Below are positions 36,051 to 48,194 of a stretch of DNA of 64,000 nucleotides, piece after piece. The stretch is from Marsupella aquatica (taxonomy: Eukaryota > Plantae > Marchantiophyta): contig OZ316896.1 in NCBI GenBank assembly GCA_973895155.1, positions 8,019,539-8,083,538 of the forward strand. Reading direction: 5' to 3'. The position numbers and the translations under genes were made by a program. Each line of letters begins with the position of its first letter. Positions within the stretch are counted from its first letter, which is position 1. The notes under the pieces were generated by a model. The model was not told the origin of the DNA. It searched no databases and was given only the letters and a program-made list of their open reading frames with translations.

Positions 36051-37771
36051 AGCCAACTAGTTATCATTTGTGTTCTCTTGGCAGATATGGATTGCAGGTA
36101 GGTGATCGATGGGGCTCACTTGCACCCGGCCTCCTGATCTTCACACCTAAAAAGGTGTATATCAACCTTGTAGAACTCATGGCTAGCTAGAGTTAGGGGA
36201 CCTTACTCCCAGCTAGGGGGATGATTGTGGGTTTTGGATATGTGTGGACATGAGTTCCACTTGTATTTCATTCTCTTGTGTTTGTGATGTGGCAGTGTGA
36301 CTATGTTTGGATGTATGTGACAAGCGATGTATGTTGTGTAGCGATGTGTATGCGCACGACAGCTGTCACACCATTCTAGGTAGTGTTAGAGTGTATCGTA
36401 CTATCTAGATCCATATGTTTGATATGTATGCTATGTGAGCCGATAAGGTTTCGTCAGGTTTGTGTGAGATGGTACTTCTCACTTGTGAGGCATTGAAAGG
36501 TCATCTTTCAATGTTGAGCCTTGGAGAGAGAGGAGCTTGAGTGTGGCTATGGTGGCTGTGAGCTCCGCTTGTGTAACGTGGATTCCTTGAGTAGTGCAAG
36601 GTGTGTTGGCTTGACATACGTGTGTGATCGGATTGGTGCGGGATTGAGGGGGTATTGTTGACCAGGATCGTTGTGCCGATTGTAGCGAGATTATTGTGGG
36701 TTTTGGACATGTGTGGACATGAGTTCCACTTGTATTCCATTCTCTTGTGTTTGTGATGTGGCAGTGTGACTATGTTTGGATGTATGTGACAAGCGATGTA
36801 TGTTGTGTTGCGATGTGTATGTGCACGACATGTCGGATATTGATAATATATCTCTTTCCAGCGTTGAGGTGCCAAAATCTGACTCCATCATCGATATCAA
36901 ACAGTGCGTCATCTGTCTCCTCTCCAGATGCATGGTCAGGTTTGATGGAATGGATGTCGTTGATGGCAACGTCAAATCTTCCACAAAGATAGTTCTCACT
37001 AACCTGTTTGTACGTGTCGGATGAACCTACAGGGATGCTTACAATCTCCCCAGTATCAGGACGAAGAAGCACGACTGAATTAGACATTGCGGGAGAATGA
37101 TATTAATTTGATAAACAAAGGAACTGAGAAAATAGGAGAACATTACTCCACTTAAGTTAAGTAAACTCATTCCGAACCTCAGAAGATTATGGTTTGTAAA
37201 CGACAAAACGAGTACTAGTCGTTAGATGCAGATACATAAATGTAGTTTGTTGTTTTGCCAACGACACTACTTACCGGTAACGTGTAAAAAATGTGATCAG
37301 ATAATTATTAGCGCCCGACGCTACCATAAAGAAGTACTCGGGTTTCAACTTAGAAACCAGACTGAATGTGCTAGCGCTAGGCGCTATCATTAGCAGACTG
37401 CCAAGTCAGAGCAAAATATTTTATTGATTTTGATGTAATTGCTGAAAAAATCAATAAACGTTTTATTTTGTTTTGGAATCGGTACTTCTTGGGAAAATAC
37501 AAGGGGTATACATAGCTAGCGTCCGATGCTGACATAATCTCCTCTATGTCATTGTCATGTATGAGAGAATTTTTAATGGTTTTTGATACTAGCGTCGGGC
37601 GCTAGTATCGATGGAGATGACTTTGGTTTGCCCAACGGTTACATCTAACGGTAACATGTATGAACGAATTCCTTACTTTATGTTGTTTTCTGTTGGATTG
37701 TTTAACGATACACTCCCGTTCATCGCTGCATCCACAAATGACTTGAAAATAGACGTTAATTCTACTCATCA

Positions 37772-40700
37772 CATAGTGACGGACCAAACGAGAAGTGTGG
37801 TCACACTTCTCATTTTGCCCATGGCGCAAAAAAATTCTAAGGCAAAAACGTATTGGATATGAAATTGGTATTCCCTCTAAAAACCCAAATTTTAGATTTT
37901 AAAAACGAGAAAAAACAATTTGAATTTGAAGTTGGGATACGGCGTATCCCATTTTGGATCCCACCGCGGTTTTCCAAAAAGAAAATACAACAAACGCAGT
38001 AAAAGGGGCAAGGTCATTTTACTCATCAAGAATATTCCTAGAAAATTCTTTTTAACGGTAACTTTTAACTGACTGCGATGAAACTACAGATAGAAATTGA
38101 CCACGGTCGGGGGCAAACTATAAATAGGAGAGCCATGATCAAATATTTCCGCTCATTTCTTCTCGCTCCCGCATCCTCTTGCTCCCCCGAGAATCCACAC
38201 TCTCTATGCAAATTCGTATCCCCCCGAATCAAACTAGAATCTGAACAAGTGAGAATGATATATCTTTTTGGAAATGATGAGGACGAATCCCAAATGGGAT
38301 ATGGCGTATCCCATTTGCGATTCAATCTTCAAAAATCCAGTTGGGTATCATAAACGTGAAAAAATGAGGTTGGATCAACCTCTAAATATGAAGCATTTAG
38401 GTGCGAAATGCAAGAAATTCAAGGTTGAATGCAAAATGGGATACCGCGTATCCCATTTCGGATTCAACCGATGAATCACACGCATTTTAGAATCAAAAGA
38501 TAGAAAATTCAATGTTGAATGCAAAGTGGGATACCAAGTATCCCATTTGGTATTCAACCTCTGAATATCTCACGTTAGGTCTCAAAAGCAGAGGTTGAAT
38601 GTGAAGTGGGATACTGGGTATCTCACAATAAACACAGTGATGAACCAAATGAGGAGTGGGAATGCACAAGCCATAAGTTTAGGAGTTGAATACGAAATGG
38701 GATACCACGTATCCTACTTTGGATTCAATCCAAGGATATGAGGCTTTTGGAATGCACAAGCCATAAATTGAGAAATTCAATCCAAAACTAGTGAATACCG
38801 GGTCATTCTTAGCTTTGAGCCCCTAAGCTTTCAATTTTTTTTTCAAAGTCAAATCCAAAGACCCTATCTAGCTGCCTGAGAATCTTGAAATGATCCAAAT
38901 TCATACTTAACATCTTCATCACTAGTTGTGACAAGAATTGATATGAAAACAATGAAAGATGGACTAAGATATGATCAGATTAAGTTGTGGGGTGAAATTA
39001 TAAAATTACAAAAACTTAAGTTTGTACCCTCTCACGCTTCGGAAGCCATATCTTTATCGGTATTTATCCAAATTCCTTATAATTGATACCGTTAGAAAGA
39101 AGAGCTTGAGACTTTTCAGCCTCTTTACTCGGCGCTGCAAAAATAGAAAAGAAAAAATTTGAGATCAGGCAAAATCTCGCAAAAAAATCAGATTGCATTT
39201 GTAAAAAAATCACAAATGATCAAAATTTCAAGAGGAATACCAAGTGGGATACCAAGTATCCCATGTAGTATTCAAACATGTTATTTCACAAATCTAGACG
39301 GAAAAAATCATAAAACCTTGTATGAATACCAGGTGAACATGTTGTTTTATCCCATTTGGTATAAGAATATGTTATTTTACAAATCAAGAACTTTACAAAG
39401 AGTGATAAGAATTTTACAAAGACCAAATGAAATCCAATTTGGTATTCAAATGTGAAAATGGATGAGTGACTTGTGACCGAGGGCCAATCCGGGACTTTGA
39501 ATCTGAGGTGGGATCCACAAACCCACTTGGTATTTGCCTCCATTTTTAGGTAGGTCTGTTGATTGGTTCTACATATTTTGAAAGAGTAAAAAATGGATGT
39601 GATTGGGGTTGTGCTGAGCAAGGAAAAATCCAAAATTGTTTTGGAGTTGAATCAACAAATGGGACTCATGGATCCGTGTCGGTATGGATCCATGTCGGTA
39701 TGGATCTGTGTCGGTATTCAAACCTCAATATTGAGGTGCAAGGTGTGGCAAGGGCAAATTTTGGCGGGTGAATACCAAATGGGATCCGTGGATCCGTGTT
39801 GGTATTCAAACCTCAATATCAAGGTGCAAGGTGCGACAAGGGCAAATTTTGGCAGGCGAATACCAAATGGGATATTTTTGGACTTGTTCAGAAAACTCAT
39901 CCTTGGTTTTGAGTGGGTTATTTTTGGACTTGTTCAGAAAAATGGGATACGTGGATCCCTATTGGCATTCCCTGATTGGTCCGTACGAGGGTTTTTTATA
40001 GTGAGAGTCTATCTTTTCAAGGAATGCTGAAATCTAAATTGTAGATTTTTTAGGAAGTCGTCGTGGATCCCAGTTGGTCTTCAACTAGAATATCAAGGTA
40101 TGTGGTGTGAAAAGTTCAAACTGTAGAGGTTGAATACTAGATGGGATCCATGGATCCCATCTGGTATTCATCCTCCTGTTTTCCCGATGAGTTTTTGGAC
40201 TTGCAAAAACAAATGGGATCCATGGATCTCAGTTGGTATTCATGTCGAAAGATCTCCTGATGCAAAGTTGCAGGTGGAAAACATTGAGGTTGAATACGAG
40301 AGTGGATACTTGGATCCTGTCTCGTATTCATCATGCGTTATGGGCTAAAATATTTCCGAAGATGTCGTCGGGTTAACTTAACTAACTGTATGGGTTGACT
40401 GTAGTCTGCGGTCAGTTTTTCGCAGTTTTTGGTTTTACTGCAGTTAAAAATTCAAATATTTTAAACCCGAGGTTAAGTGGAAGCGTCAAGAGAATGATTT
40501 GGTGCGGTTTTTGTTCACGTTCAACGGTTGAATCCGAAATGGGATACGCCGTATCCCATTTTCAGTTTGCCATTTTGATTGCAAAAATGAAATCTTGTGT
40601 TTTCCTAGTTTTGTTTGACGCTCGGATTTAGCTTTTAGAAGGATCACGTGAAAAACATTGTTTTTCTAGGTTTTGGAATTTGCTCTTTTTTTAGATGACG

Positions 40701-40904
40701 TGTCTCGGAATTTTGGAATGTAACAATTCTTTGTTTTAGTGTCGACAGTATCTCGATTTGAAATCCGATGTTGGATGCAATTTTGGATTCATCCTCAAAA
40801 TAGCGTTTTTGATCTTAATTTTGGTGATTTTTTGCCATTTTTTGCAAAATCAAAAACACACTTCTCGTTTGGTGGTCATACTTCTCGTTTGGTCCGTCAC
40901 TGTG
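37772..40904. mobile_element. Non-coding 3.1-kb TIR element with CA(C/T)AGTG termini and many long internal palindromes
   Basis: CATAGTGACGGACCAAACGAGAAGT at 37772 is the inverse of ACTTCTCGTTTGGTCCGTCACTGTG ending at 40904; internal degenerate TIR at 38633; no clean TSD. Confidence 0.8.
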
Positions 40905-41063
40905 TTTCATTTCAAATAGTCCCTGCCACCTGTCTTTGTTTGGATTGGTCAGTGAGATTCTTTCAATCCTTCTCGTTCTCCGTCACATGATGTCAACAGC
41001 ACTATGATGGAAAAGTTTTAAAGGTTTTATGTAGTTCTTTGTATATGGTAATTTGTTCGGAGC

Positions 41064-42602
41064 GTGAGGGTAGAGACTGGCTCTGTGTCGTACAGAGACC
41101 TTCATGTATTGACATGCTCCACAATGCAACCTTCAAGCGCCCCAAGCTCTCCAAGAGGGTATACCACAGTTCCAAAGGAAGATCACGGTCATTGCGAGTC
41201 TACACAATCTTCGTTCTCTGGGGCATTTTACTCGCATCAAGTTACAAGGTCAAGCAAAGCAATCACTTCCTTCAACGCAACACTACCACTCCAGAAGTCC
41301 AGACGGGTCCAAATGGACACGGATAGCATGACCGATTACGTGCTGGGAGAGGGCAACGAGGTTGGATTAGGGATGGATGAAGTCATCTCGCGACACATAA
41401 TGTCATGTGGAAAAGATTTCCGGGGAAACGAGAAGGAATCGCCCAGGATTCCGCTTTGTCGGTTGATCCACATGGAGGTAGTGCGGACGCTTCAGAAGGA
41501 GAGTGTGTCAATTGAGAAATTGAAAGACTCGTTCTGAAGTAGTGGGTACAATCCAAGGATTGGAATGCGGTTTTTTGTGCAACCGACCAATTCTGATGGT
41601 GTGGAGCAAATATGCACTGAGGAGATCAGGGAGACTTGGGATGCTATTTGGGTTGCTGAGAACGAGAAATTTAAGTTAGAATGCGCGACAGATCCAACTT
41701 TTACGATCTTGAAAGACAAAATGTTCTCAGTCTTTGACGGGAATCACCAACTTTACTCGTGGACTATGGTCACAAAGGAAAATCCAGACAATGTCAAGTA
41801 TCATCCCAGAGTTCTTTGCACCATTTTCAAGGGTGATAAAGCTTCACAAATTCAGATTGAGGCGGCTATGCACACAGTCAACCAGTAAGTAATTCGGCCC
41901 AAACTTGTAATTAAACATTTCTGCAATCCATTGTTGTTAAATAAATACTAAAGAGAGTATTTGTTTTTATGCTAGCGCCTGACGCTACTAATTTCAAACA
42001 TGGCCTATTGCAGGTTAGGGCAGGCCGTTGTTGAACCGTCGTGGATCTTTGACGCAGACAGAATCTGAAGGATTCTCTCTCACAATCTAGAGTACTATAA
42101 GTCAATAATTGACAGCGCCAATTATGCAAAGTTTGAGTATATAAAACAGAAGACTCGAAAACATTCTTGGTACACACGGAAAATGCCTCTAGAAGCTCTT
42201 GTTTATATTTTGTGCGAAAACAAAATCAAAGCTTACACTAACCAGTTCAAGATGGACATGGCATTGGCAGCAAGTCAAGGCAATCCTTGGTCGACTGATG
42301 AGGTCGCAAAGTGGCAGTCACTCATGTTGAAAGAGGCCACCAAAGACTGGTCTACGAAAACATCCAAAATCACTCCTCTTCTTAGTCCTGAGTTTGAAGA
42401 TTTTCTAGGTACTTGTGCAGAGATGTACGTATTGACGGAGAAGAACAAGCGAGAGAAAAAACCCGATTCGGTTGTTTGTACTATGGACCGTGCTAGACTA
42501 TTCACAGCAGTTTCTGCTCTTGATCCAAAATTGAGATGCACTTTGCTTGTTGCTCACTGTACTCCAGAGTTGAGAAAACAATTCTTCCACCCTGCCAGTG
42601 TG
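41064..42602 (+). pseudogene. ParB/Srx-like domain gene of element B, truncated by the LTR at 42603
   Basis: IPLCRLIHMEVVRTLQ...IEKLKDSF*SSGY...MFSVFDGNHQLYSW (ParB-like DGNHR box); intron 41885-42013. Confidence 0.65.
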
Positions 42603-45600
42603 TGTGGTGCGTCCCATGGCTCCCTAAACCCAAGAAACCCCCCAGCTCAAGCCGATTCCCGCAGGTTTCGCGCTTGGCGAGGCCGTTTCTGCGGCTTAGC
42701 GGCATGGGACGCTGCTAACCTTCTACTACTACTATTAACATTTTACACACATATACTGGACAGATCCTTCATCGGGTCATGAGATACGTAGCCGGCCTAA
42801 TCTAGACCTTCCCTCGTCTTCCCCTCCGTCTTGTTAGGTATGTTTGGATTCCGCCGCCGGAATGATCCCCAATAGGCTTGGTTAAGCCGCTAAGACCTCT
42901 CTCAGCTTGACACATCCAACTCTCACTCCCCTGCTTACTTTCCTTCCTTCTAGTTGATGTGGGCACTCTTCACACAAGTTAATGCGACACACAAATAGCA
43001 AAATGACTCCTTCTGACTGAGTCATACCATGCACTTGCCATACAAACAGTACATCTCATACACAAGCTCTGCGAACTAAGCCGTGAGGCCAACTCTATTC
43101 AGCTCTTAGGCATGAGGAAACATGAATATACACAAGGGTCACTGTATGACTAACCGAGAGCTTCTCTTACTACTTGATCCCAGCCCGGCTGGTGCAAACT
43201 AAAAACTTGCTAAAGAAGAGGCCCTTAGCTCCCCGCTGCCCAGGTACTTATCCTGGTAGTGGATCCGCCTAATTCTTTGCAGCGTAAGCCTAATCTACCT
43301 AACAGTAATCTACTTGCCCAGATCTACCTATGTACAGCAAGGCAGGAGCACAAGTGTTGCTCCTACCAGTGGAACCGCAATCCCACTAAGCTAAGTGTCA
43401 GGGCCGCCCCTGGTCCTGATCCTAATCCTAAACTTGGAGATCAGCGCCTGCCCTGCCCACTCACGCCTCCTCCCTCCACGTCCGCCCTTCCTAAAAGGAA
43501 CGGCGCCCTTGCACCGTCACGACACCGGTGGTGGATCCTCAATGGACGCCCCCAACGCTTCCTCCTCAGCCACTGCCGTAGGTTCGTTCTTTGACAGATT
43601 ACCTGCCCTTGACTGAGTCAACTCTCCATCGGCCTGACTGGGTCCACAATCGGCGTCGGCATCGGCTCGGGAATCGGTTACGGCCTCAGCCTTGGCAACG
43701 GTCTCCCCGGCCTGCTCAAGAGGCGGATCTGGGATACCAGCCTCATTAATGAGTAGTTCGGCTTGGGCCGCACCATCCCCACCTTTGATGATAGCGGGAT
43801 CTATTGCCGTATTCATGCCGGAGGATGGTGCTGGGTCTACCTCCTTGGTCACCACTGCCTGTGGAGTCGGATTACTCCTTGACCCTGAAGGTTTCCGCTT
43901 CTTCTTCTTTTCTGGTTCGGCAGCTGGTCCCTTCCCCTTCCCACTTACTTCCGGCACTGGTGCAGGTGGCGCGGCTTTTTCTTCGGCCAGTACCACTCCT
44001 GGTAACCTGGTTGCCCCAATTGGAGTTGGGCCTGATGAAGACAAGCACTTAAATACTGCGGCTTGTTTCTTCAGCCGCTCCGTTTGGTTGTCGGCCCGCC
44101 GCTGGAGGTTCTCCATCTTCCTCGTGATTTCCTCCAACTCCTCTTGGGTCTCATCCAGGTCCTTGCACGCCTCCTCTAGTTCCTTCTGGGCTTCCTCCCG
44201 TTCTTTCTTCAAGGTAGCCCTCTCCTCCCGGGTTGCTCTTAGCTCCTTGTGTCGAGCTCTGCAATGATGACAGACTCCATCTGGTTCATCTTGGCGTAAG
44301 TCTGATCGAGCATCTCGTCCTTCTCCCTTAGGTCGGCCTTGAAGCTGGCCGTCAGGGACGCAAGCTCCTGCTGCAGCGCCATAATCCCTTGATAGGATTT
44401 TCCTAACTCGGCCTCCTTCTGCTCAAGGGCTCCGCGGATTTTCTCGAGCTCCCCCTTCAACGCCCATTCCTTTCTTTGGGTCTCCGCCATGGCCCGGCTG
44501 TTGGCTGTTATGTGGGCCTCCTCTGCATTCCTCAGCTCTCGCTTCCACTTCTCCCTCTCTTTGATTGTATCGGCCAACTCTCCCTGCGTCTGAGTCAGTT
44601 TATCCTTGATATTCTGATTATCAGCCTGCCCGGTGTCCAACTGCCCCTTCATGATGTTCAGCTCATGCCGTTTAATCCGCAGTTCATCTTGGGCTTTCTT
44701 GGCCGCCCTTAGATCTTCAATCTCGGCTTCCATCCTCCTAAGCCGCCGAATGACCTCGTCCTTCTTGCTTCTCTCTAAAGCCACCGCTTCTTCTAATTGG
44801 CGCTTCTCCAACTGCTCCCTATGGAAAAAGGGTCCTACCTCCAACTCCTCTCCAAAGATGCCGAGCGCAAGTTCCCCACGCATCTCACCATACTCCATGG
44901 CTCTATTCTTAGCGTAGGTGGAGTAAGTAGAAGTGATTGGCATCGCCCATCACGGCCTCTGCTCCCAAGCCGTCTTGCGGATATCTTCAATCGTGGCTAG
45001 AGGTTTGCTTCCTTTTTCGGCTAGCCGCCTGATGTCCTCCGGCCAATCTCCTCCTGGTAAATCCTTTTCCCTAGCCAGGGCTGCCTCCTCTTCCTGCCTG
45101 ATTTGCTCCTGAAATTCCTGCGCCGTCTGTTTTATGCCGTCAAAGCTCGGGGGAGCAACATCTGGTGGGGGAGACTCAGGGCTACTCTGCTGGTTGGGGT
45201 CCCCTCGTACTACCCTTGGAAGTGTGGGGACAAACCGGCCATAGGTCCTTACTCCTGGAACGTGATGGTCCGACCCATAGCCGGAGTTATCATGGCTGAA
45301 GTCCTCCACTGCCTCCTGCTCTGCTGCTCGGCTGGCTTCTTTGGTGCCGCCGACCTCATTCTTTTTGCCGGGGTGGCTTCATCGTTGACGGCTTCCTTCC
45401 TCTTCATCTCTGCTGCCGTGGAGGTTTCTCCTAGCACCGTTGCCTGGGTCCACCTTTCCGTGCTACCCTTCAATTCCCAGTGTATGTTGTTGTAGTTTTT
45501 GATGGCCTCTCGGATGCTGACGATGCTGTCTTTGCAAAACAGAAGATCGTCGAGCTGATTGGAAGTAGGAGTCCACAAGAACTCGTCCTTGATGAGTTCG

Positions 45601-46137
45601 CCTACTAAGAAAGTCGTCTTCTGCAGCTCCCACAATCGAGCGAGCTCCTGCCGTTCTCGAGCTGCCCTTTCTGATTCCTCGTCCTCGTAAGTCTTGATGT
45701 ACTCAGTTGCCCGTTCGAACAGGCATCCCCAGAAATGTGCCGCTTGATTGACGTTGCTCATACCCTCCTTAGGTCGATCGTCGGTATCTATTCTCTCCCC
45801 GAGTGCTTGCCTAAGCAGCTGACAGTAGTTGGCCTCCCATAGTCGTCTGCCTAGTTCGTGCTCGCAAATGAGCCACCATCTCCTACAAGCGCTCCTTACC
45901 CCTCTCCTCTTCCGGTCCTTCCTCCCGTTGATCCTTCCTAGCCGCCGACGCTTAGCGCGCCCTAACCCTAATCGAGTTTTCACCCCCAGCGTCCTTACCT
46001 CCGGCCTCGGCCCGGGTTCCATGGTCGCCCCTAATTGTTTATATTTTCCTTGTTTTGTCCCTATACTAAGGTGTTTCTAGGGTGCCTTCCTGCTTTACCC
46101 ACTTAACTAGCCGAGTGATTCCTGTCTAGGCATCACA
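42603..46137 (-). mobile_element. 3.5-kb 3' LTR of a Gypsy element, containing a long coiled-coil gene
   Basis: Purine-rich AAGTGGGGAG at the end of the integrase, then TGTGATGC at 46137; ends GCACCACA at 42603 (7/8 inverted match). Confidence 0.7.
43517..46022 (-). pseudogene. LTR-internal coiled-coil protein gene (four ORF segments)
   Basis: ORFs 45249-46022, 44950-45309, 44239-44943 and 43517-44212 abut on the same strand; long E/K/R-rich helical stretches. Confidence 0.65.
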
Positions 46138-47901
46138 TAGCTCCCCACTTAATTGTGAAGCGTCCTCGCGAACAACTTCATCTTCGTCCATATAGTATTT
46201 CTTGAGGTGGTCATAATGGATGCAAACTGGATATACCTCTCCCGTAATGTTGGCCAATTGTACGGAGCCATTGGAGAACATTATGGTTACTCTAAAGGGT
46301 CCTAACCAGCGAGTGTAAAGCTTTCCTGGAAACCTACTATACCTACTGTCATACAGTAACACAAGATCACCGGTGTGAATACTAACTACTTTCAACTTTT
46401 TATCATACTGATGCTTCATGATATTCTGTTTATATTCTACTCTCTCGGCTGAAATCATTCTCGCCTCCTCTAAAGCTTCTAACCTATATTCTCGCTCCTT
46501 TAGGCTCTCCTCCGCTGAGGCTCTTTCCTCAATTGTAACTTGAAATGTCGGTATCTCAAGTTGCATGGGTACCAGGGCTTCTTGTCCAAAGGTTAAGAAG
46601 AAGGGTGTATGACCGGTAGTGGATTTATAGGCTAGATTGTAAGCAAAAACAGCAGCAAACAATTTATCATCCCAATCGAGTTTGTTCTGAGCTACTGTCT
46701 TGTTCAATATCTTTCCTATAATTCCGTTTGCTCGTTCTGTCAACCCATTTGCCTTTGGATGGTAGGGAGTAGTAGGCCTATGTCTAACTAAATACTGCTC
46801 ATTTAAACGACTAATTATATCATTCAGAAAATGGGTTCCTCTATCACTAACTAATTCTAGGGGTGCTCCATACCTGGTGAAGATCTGCTCATACATGAAT
46901 CTAGCCGTAGTAATTGCATCATCCTTCGTGGTCGGTCTGGCCTCTACCCATTTAGTTGCATAATCCGTAGCCAAGATTATGTACTTATTCCGTCGAGGGT
47001 GGGTCAGTGGTTTCAGAGGTCCGATGTAATCAATACCCCACTTCTCGAATGGTGCCAGAGGTAGAATAGGGTGCAGTGGATGTCTGGTGGACGCCCTTGG
47101 TCCTCCCGCTCGCTGACAAGGATCGCATTGTTTGATAAACTGATAGACATCCTTGTGCAAGGTGGGCCACCAGTAACCGGCATTTAATATCTTTTTAGAC
47201 GTGGTTACCGGGGCAAAATGTCCTCCGGCCTCCTCTCCATGCATGGCCCGTAGGACTCGTTTTACCTCTCCCTTTTCCAAACACCTTTGAATCGTGCCGT
47301 TGATTCCATGCTTGTGCAGTATGCCTTTAATGCATTGATACTGTCTGACCTTCCGCACAAAGACTGCGGCTTGTTCTCGGCTTAATCCTGGCTGTAATCT
47401 GGAAGTGCTGAGAAAATGTAAAATCTCAGGGTACCATGTATCAGCTATTTCCACAACGAATAGCTCCTCGTCGGGGAATCGATCATCGATGCAATCCATG
47501 GCAGGTTCACCTGTGATCCTTGAAAAGAAGTTGGCATTGGCGTGTAACTTTCCTGGCTTGATCCTCAGCTCATAGTCAAACTCCTGTAATAGCAAAATCC
47601 ATCTTGCTACTCTGCCTGTAAGGTCCGGCTTATTGACTAGGTACTTCAAACTTTCATGATCGGTATGAAAGATTACCTTGTACCCTAGTAAATAATGCCT
47701 AAACTTTTTACAAGAATAAATGACTCCTAATGCTTCTCTCTTTGTGGTGGAGTAGTTCCGTTCGGCATCGGCAAGCTGACGGCTTGCGAAGTATATGGGA
47801 TGGTCCCTTCCTTTCTCATCCAACTGACTTAGTACTGAGCCGATACAGAAGCCCGAGACATCGACAAAAACATGAAAGTCTTTGTTCCAGTCCGGTATCA
47901 T
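46126..47901 (-). CDS. Gypsy pol fragment (RNase H + integrase), 5' part deleted
   Basis: FHVFVDVSG, NYSTTKREALG, HTDH, H..GGHF..CDPC, WGIDYIGP, VSDRGTHF, NGLTERAN, WLGPF. Confidence 0.93.
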   Translation of the reverse strand: MIPDWNKDFHVFVDVSGFCIGSVLSQLDEKGRDHPIYFASRQLADAERNYSTTKREALGVIYSCKKFRHYLLGYKVIFHTDHESLKYLVNKPDLTGRVARWILLLQEFDYELRIKPGKLHANANFFSRITGEPAMDCIDDRFPDEELFVVEIADTWYPEILHFLSTSRLQPGLSREQAAVFVRKVRQYQCIKGILHKHGINGTIQRCLEKGEVKRVLRAMHGEEAGGHFAPVTTSKKILNAGYWWPTLHKDVYQFIKQCDPCQRAGGPRASTRHPLHPILPLAPFEKWGIDYIGPLKPLTHPRRNKYIILATDYATKWVEARPTTKDDAITTARFMYEQIFTRYGAPLELVSDRGTHFLNDIISRLNEQYLVRHRPTTPYHPKANGLTERANGIIGKILNKTVAQNKLDWDDKLFAAVFAYNLAYKSTTGHTPFFLTFGQEALVPMQLEIPTFQVTIEERASAEESLKEREYRLEALEEARMISAERVEYKQNIMKHQYDKKLKVVSIHTGDLVLLYDSRYSRFPGKLYTRWLGPFRVTIMFSNGSVQLANITGEVYPVCIHYDHLKKYYMDEDEVVREDASQLSGELCDA

Positions 47902-47983
47902 CTATGTCCGGTATCATCGGTGCTATCATGATATGGTTCTTGAGGAAGCACCGGGCCTATGGCTGCTAGTGTCAAGAGAGAAC

Positions 47984-48193
47984 TTAAGTTAAGATCATGA
48001 TTACTATTCTAGACTGGGTAGCAGACACCACAAGGAACGGTTTCGTGGATGAAAGCACAACATCATAACTCTTTTCTCCATACCTACGGACTATTGCCTC
48101 CTTGACAGCTACCTTGGGTCGAGTTACAAAACGAATATCTCCCAACGAGAAAGAAACGGAAGGTTCATTGGAGGGAGGTTTGTTGAGATCCAT
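47984..48193 (-). CDS. Small ORF2 (69 aa)
   Basis: Homolog of 18524-18769. Confidence 0.7.
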   Translation of the reverse strand: MDLNKPPSNEPSVSFSLGDIRFVTRPKVAVKEAIVRRYGEKSYDVVLSSTKPFLVVSATQSRIVIMILT

Positions 48194-48194
48194 C

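Larger units (their letters stand above)
27512..36830 (+). mobile_element. Ty3/Gypsy retrotransposon (gag-PR-DNMT-RT-RH-INT-PHD) with split A...B-A-B terminal repeats and 4-bp TSD TGTC
   Basis: TG...CA ends; TGTC at 27508-27511 and 36831-36834; A1 27512-27843, B1 36224-36361, A2 36364-36693, B2 36693-36830. Confidence 0.92.
23935..37087 (-). pseudogene. Mutator-like transposase (GCM/WRKY-like Zn domain, DDE core, SWIM finger), split by the Gypsy element
   Basis: CTGALEC..CHYC..C..HVGTHAHP; VSFDVMRR, GFMADNAQA, AFHFYQS; SWIM CSCEDF..CKHLYW. Removing 27512-36830 plus one TGTC joins 37087-36835 in frame with 27511-25974 (one stop); intron 25451-25784. Confidence 0.75.
23500..42602. mobile_element. 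Element B: large Mutator-like DNA transposon with a divergent ParB-like gene; hosts two nested insertions; ends not visible
   Basis: Palindrome TAGCGCC-N-GGCGCTA occurs from 23549 to 41987, including in introns of both genes. Confidence 0.6.

Noticed and set aside
37900-40600. Palindromic repeats as CRISPR or integron attC sites, and short ORFs there
   Set aside because: Spacing is irregular, the repeats are degenerate and enclosed by TIRs, and the ORFs are translations of the repeats.
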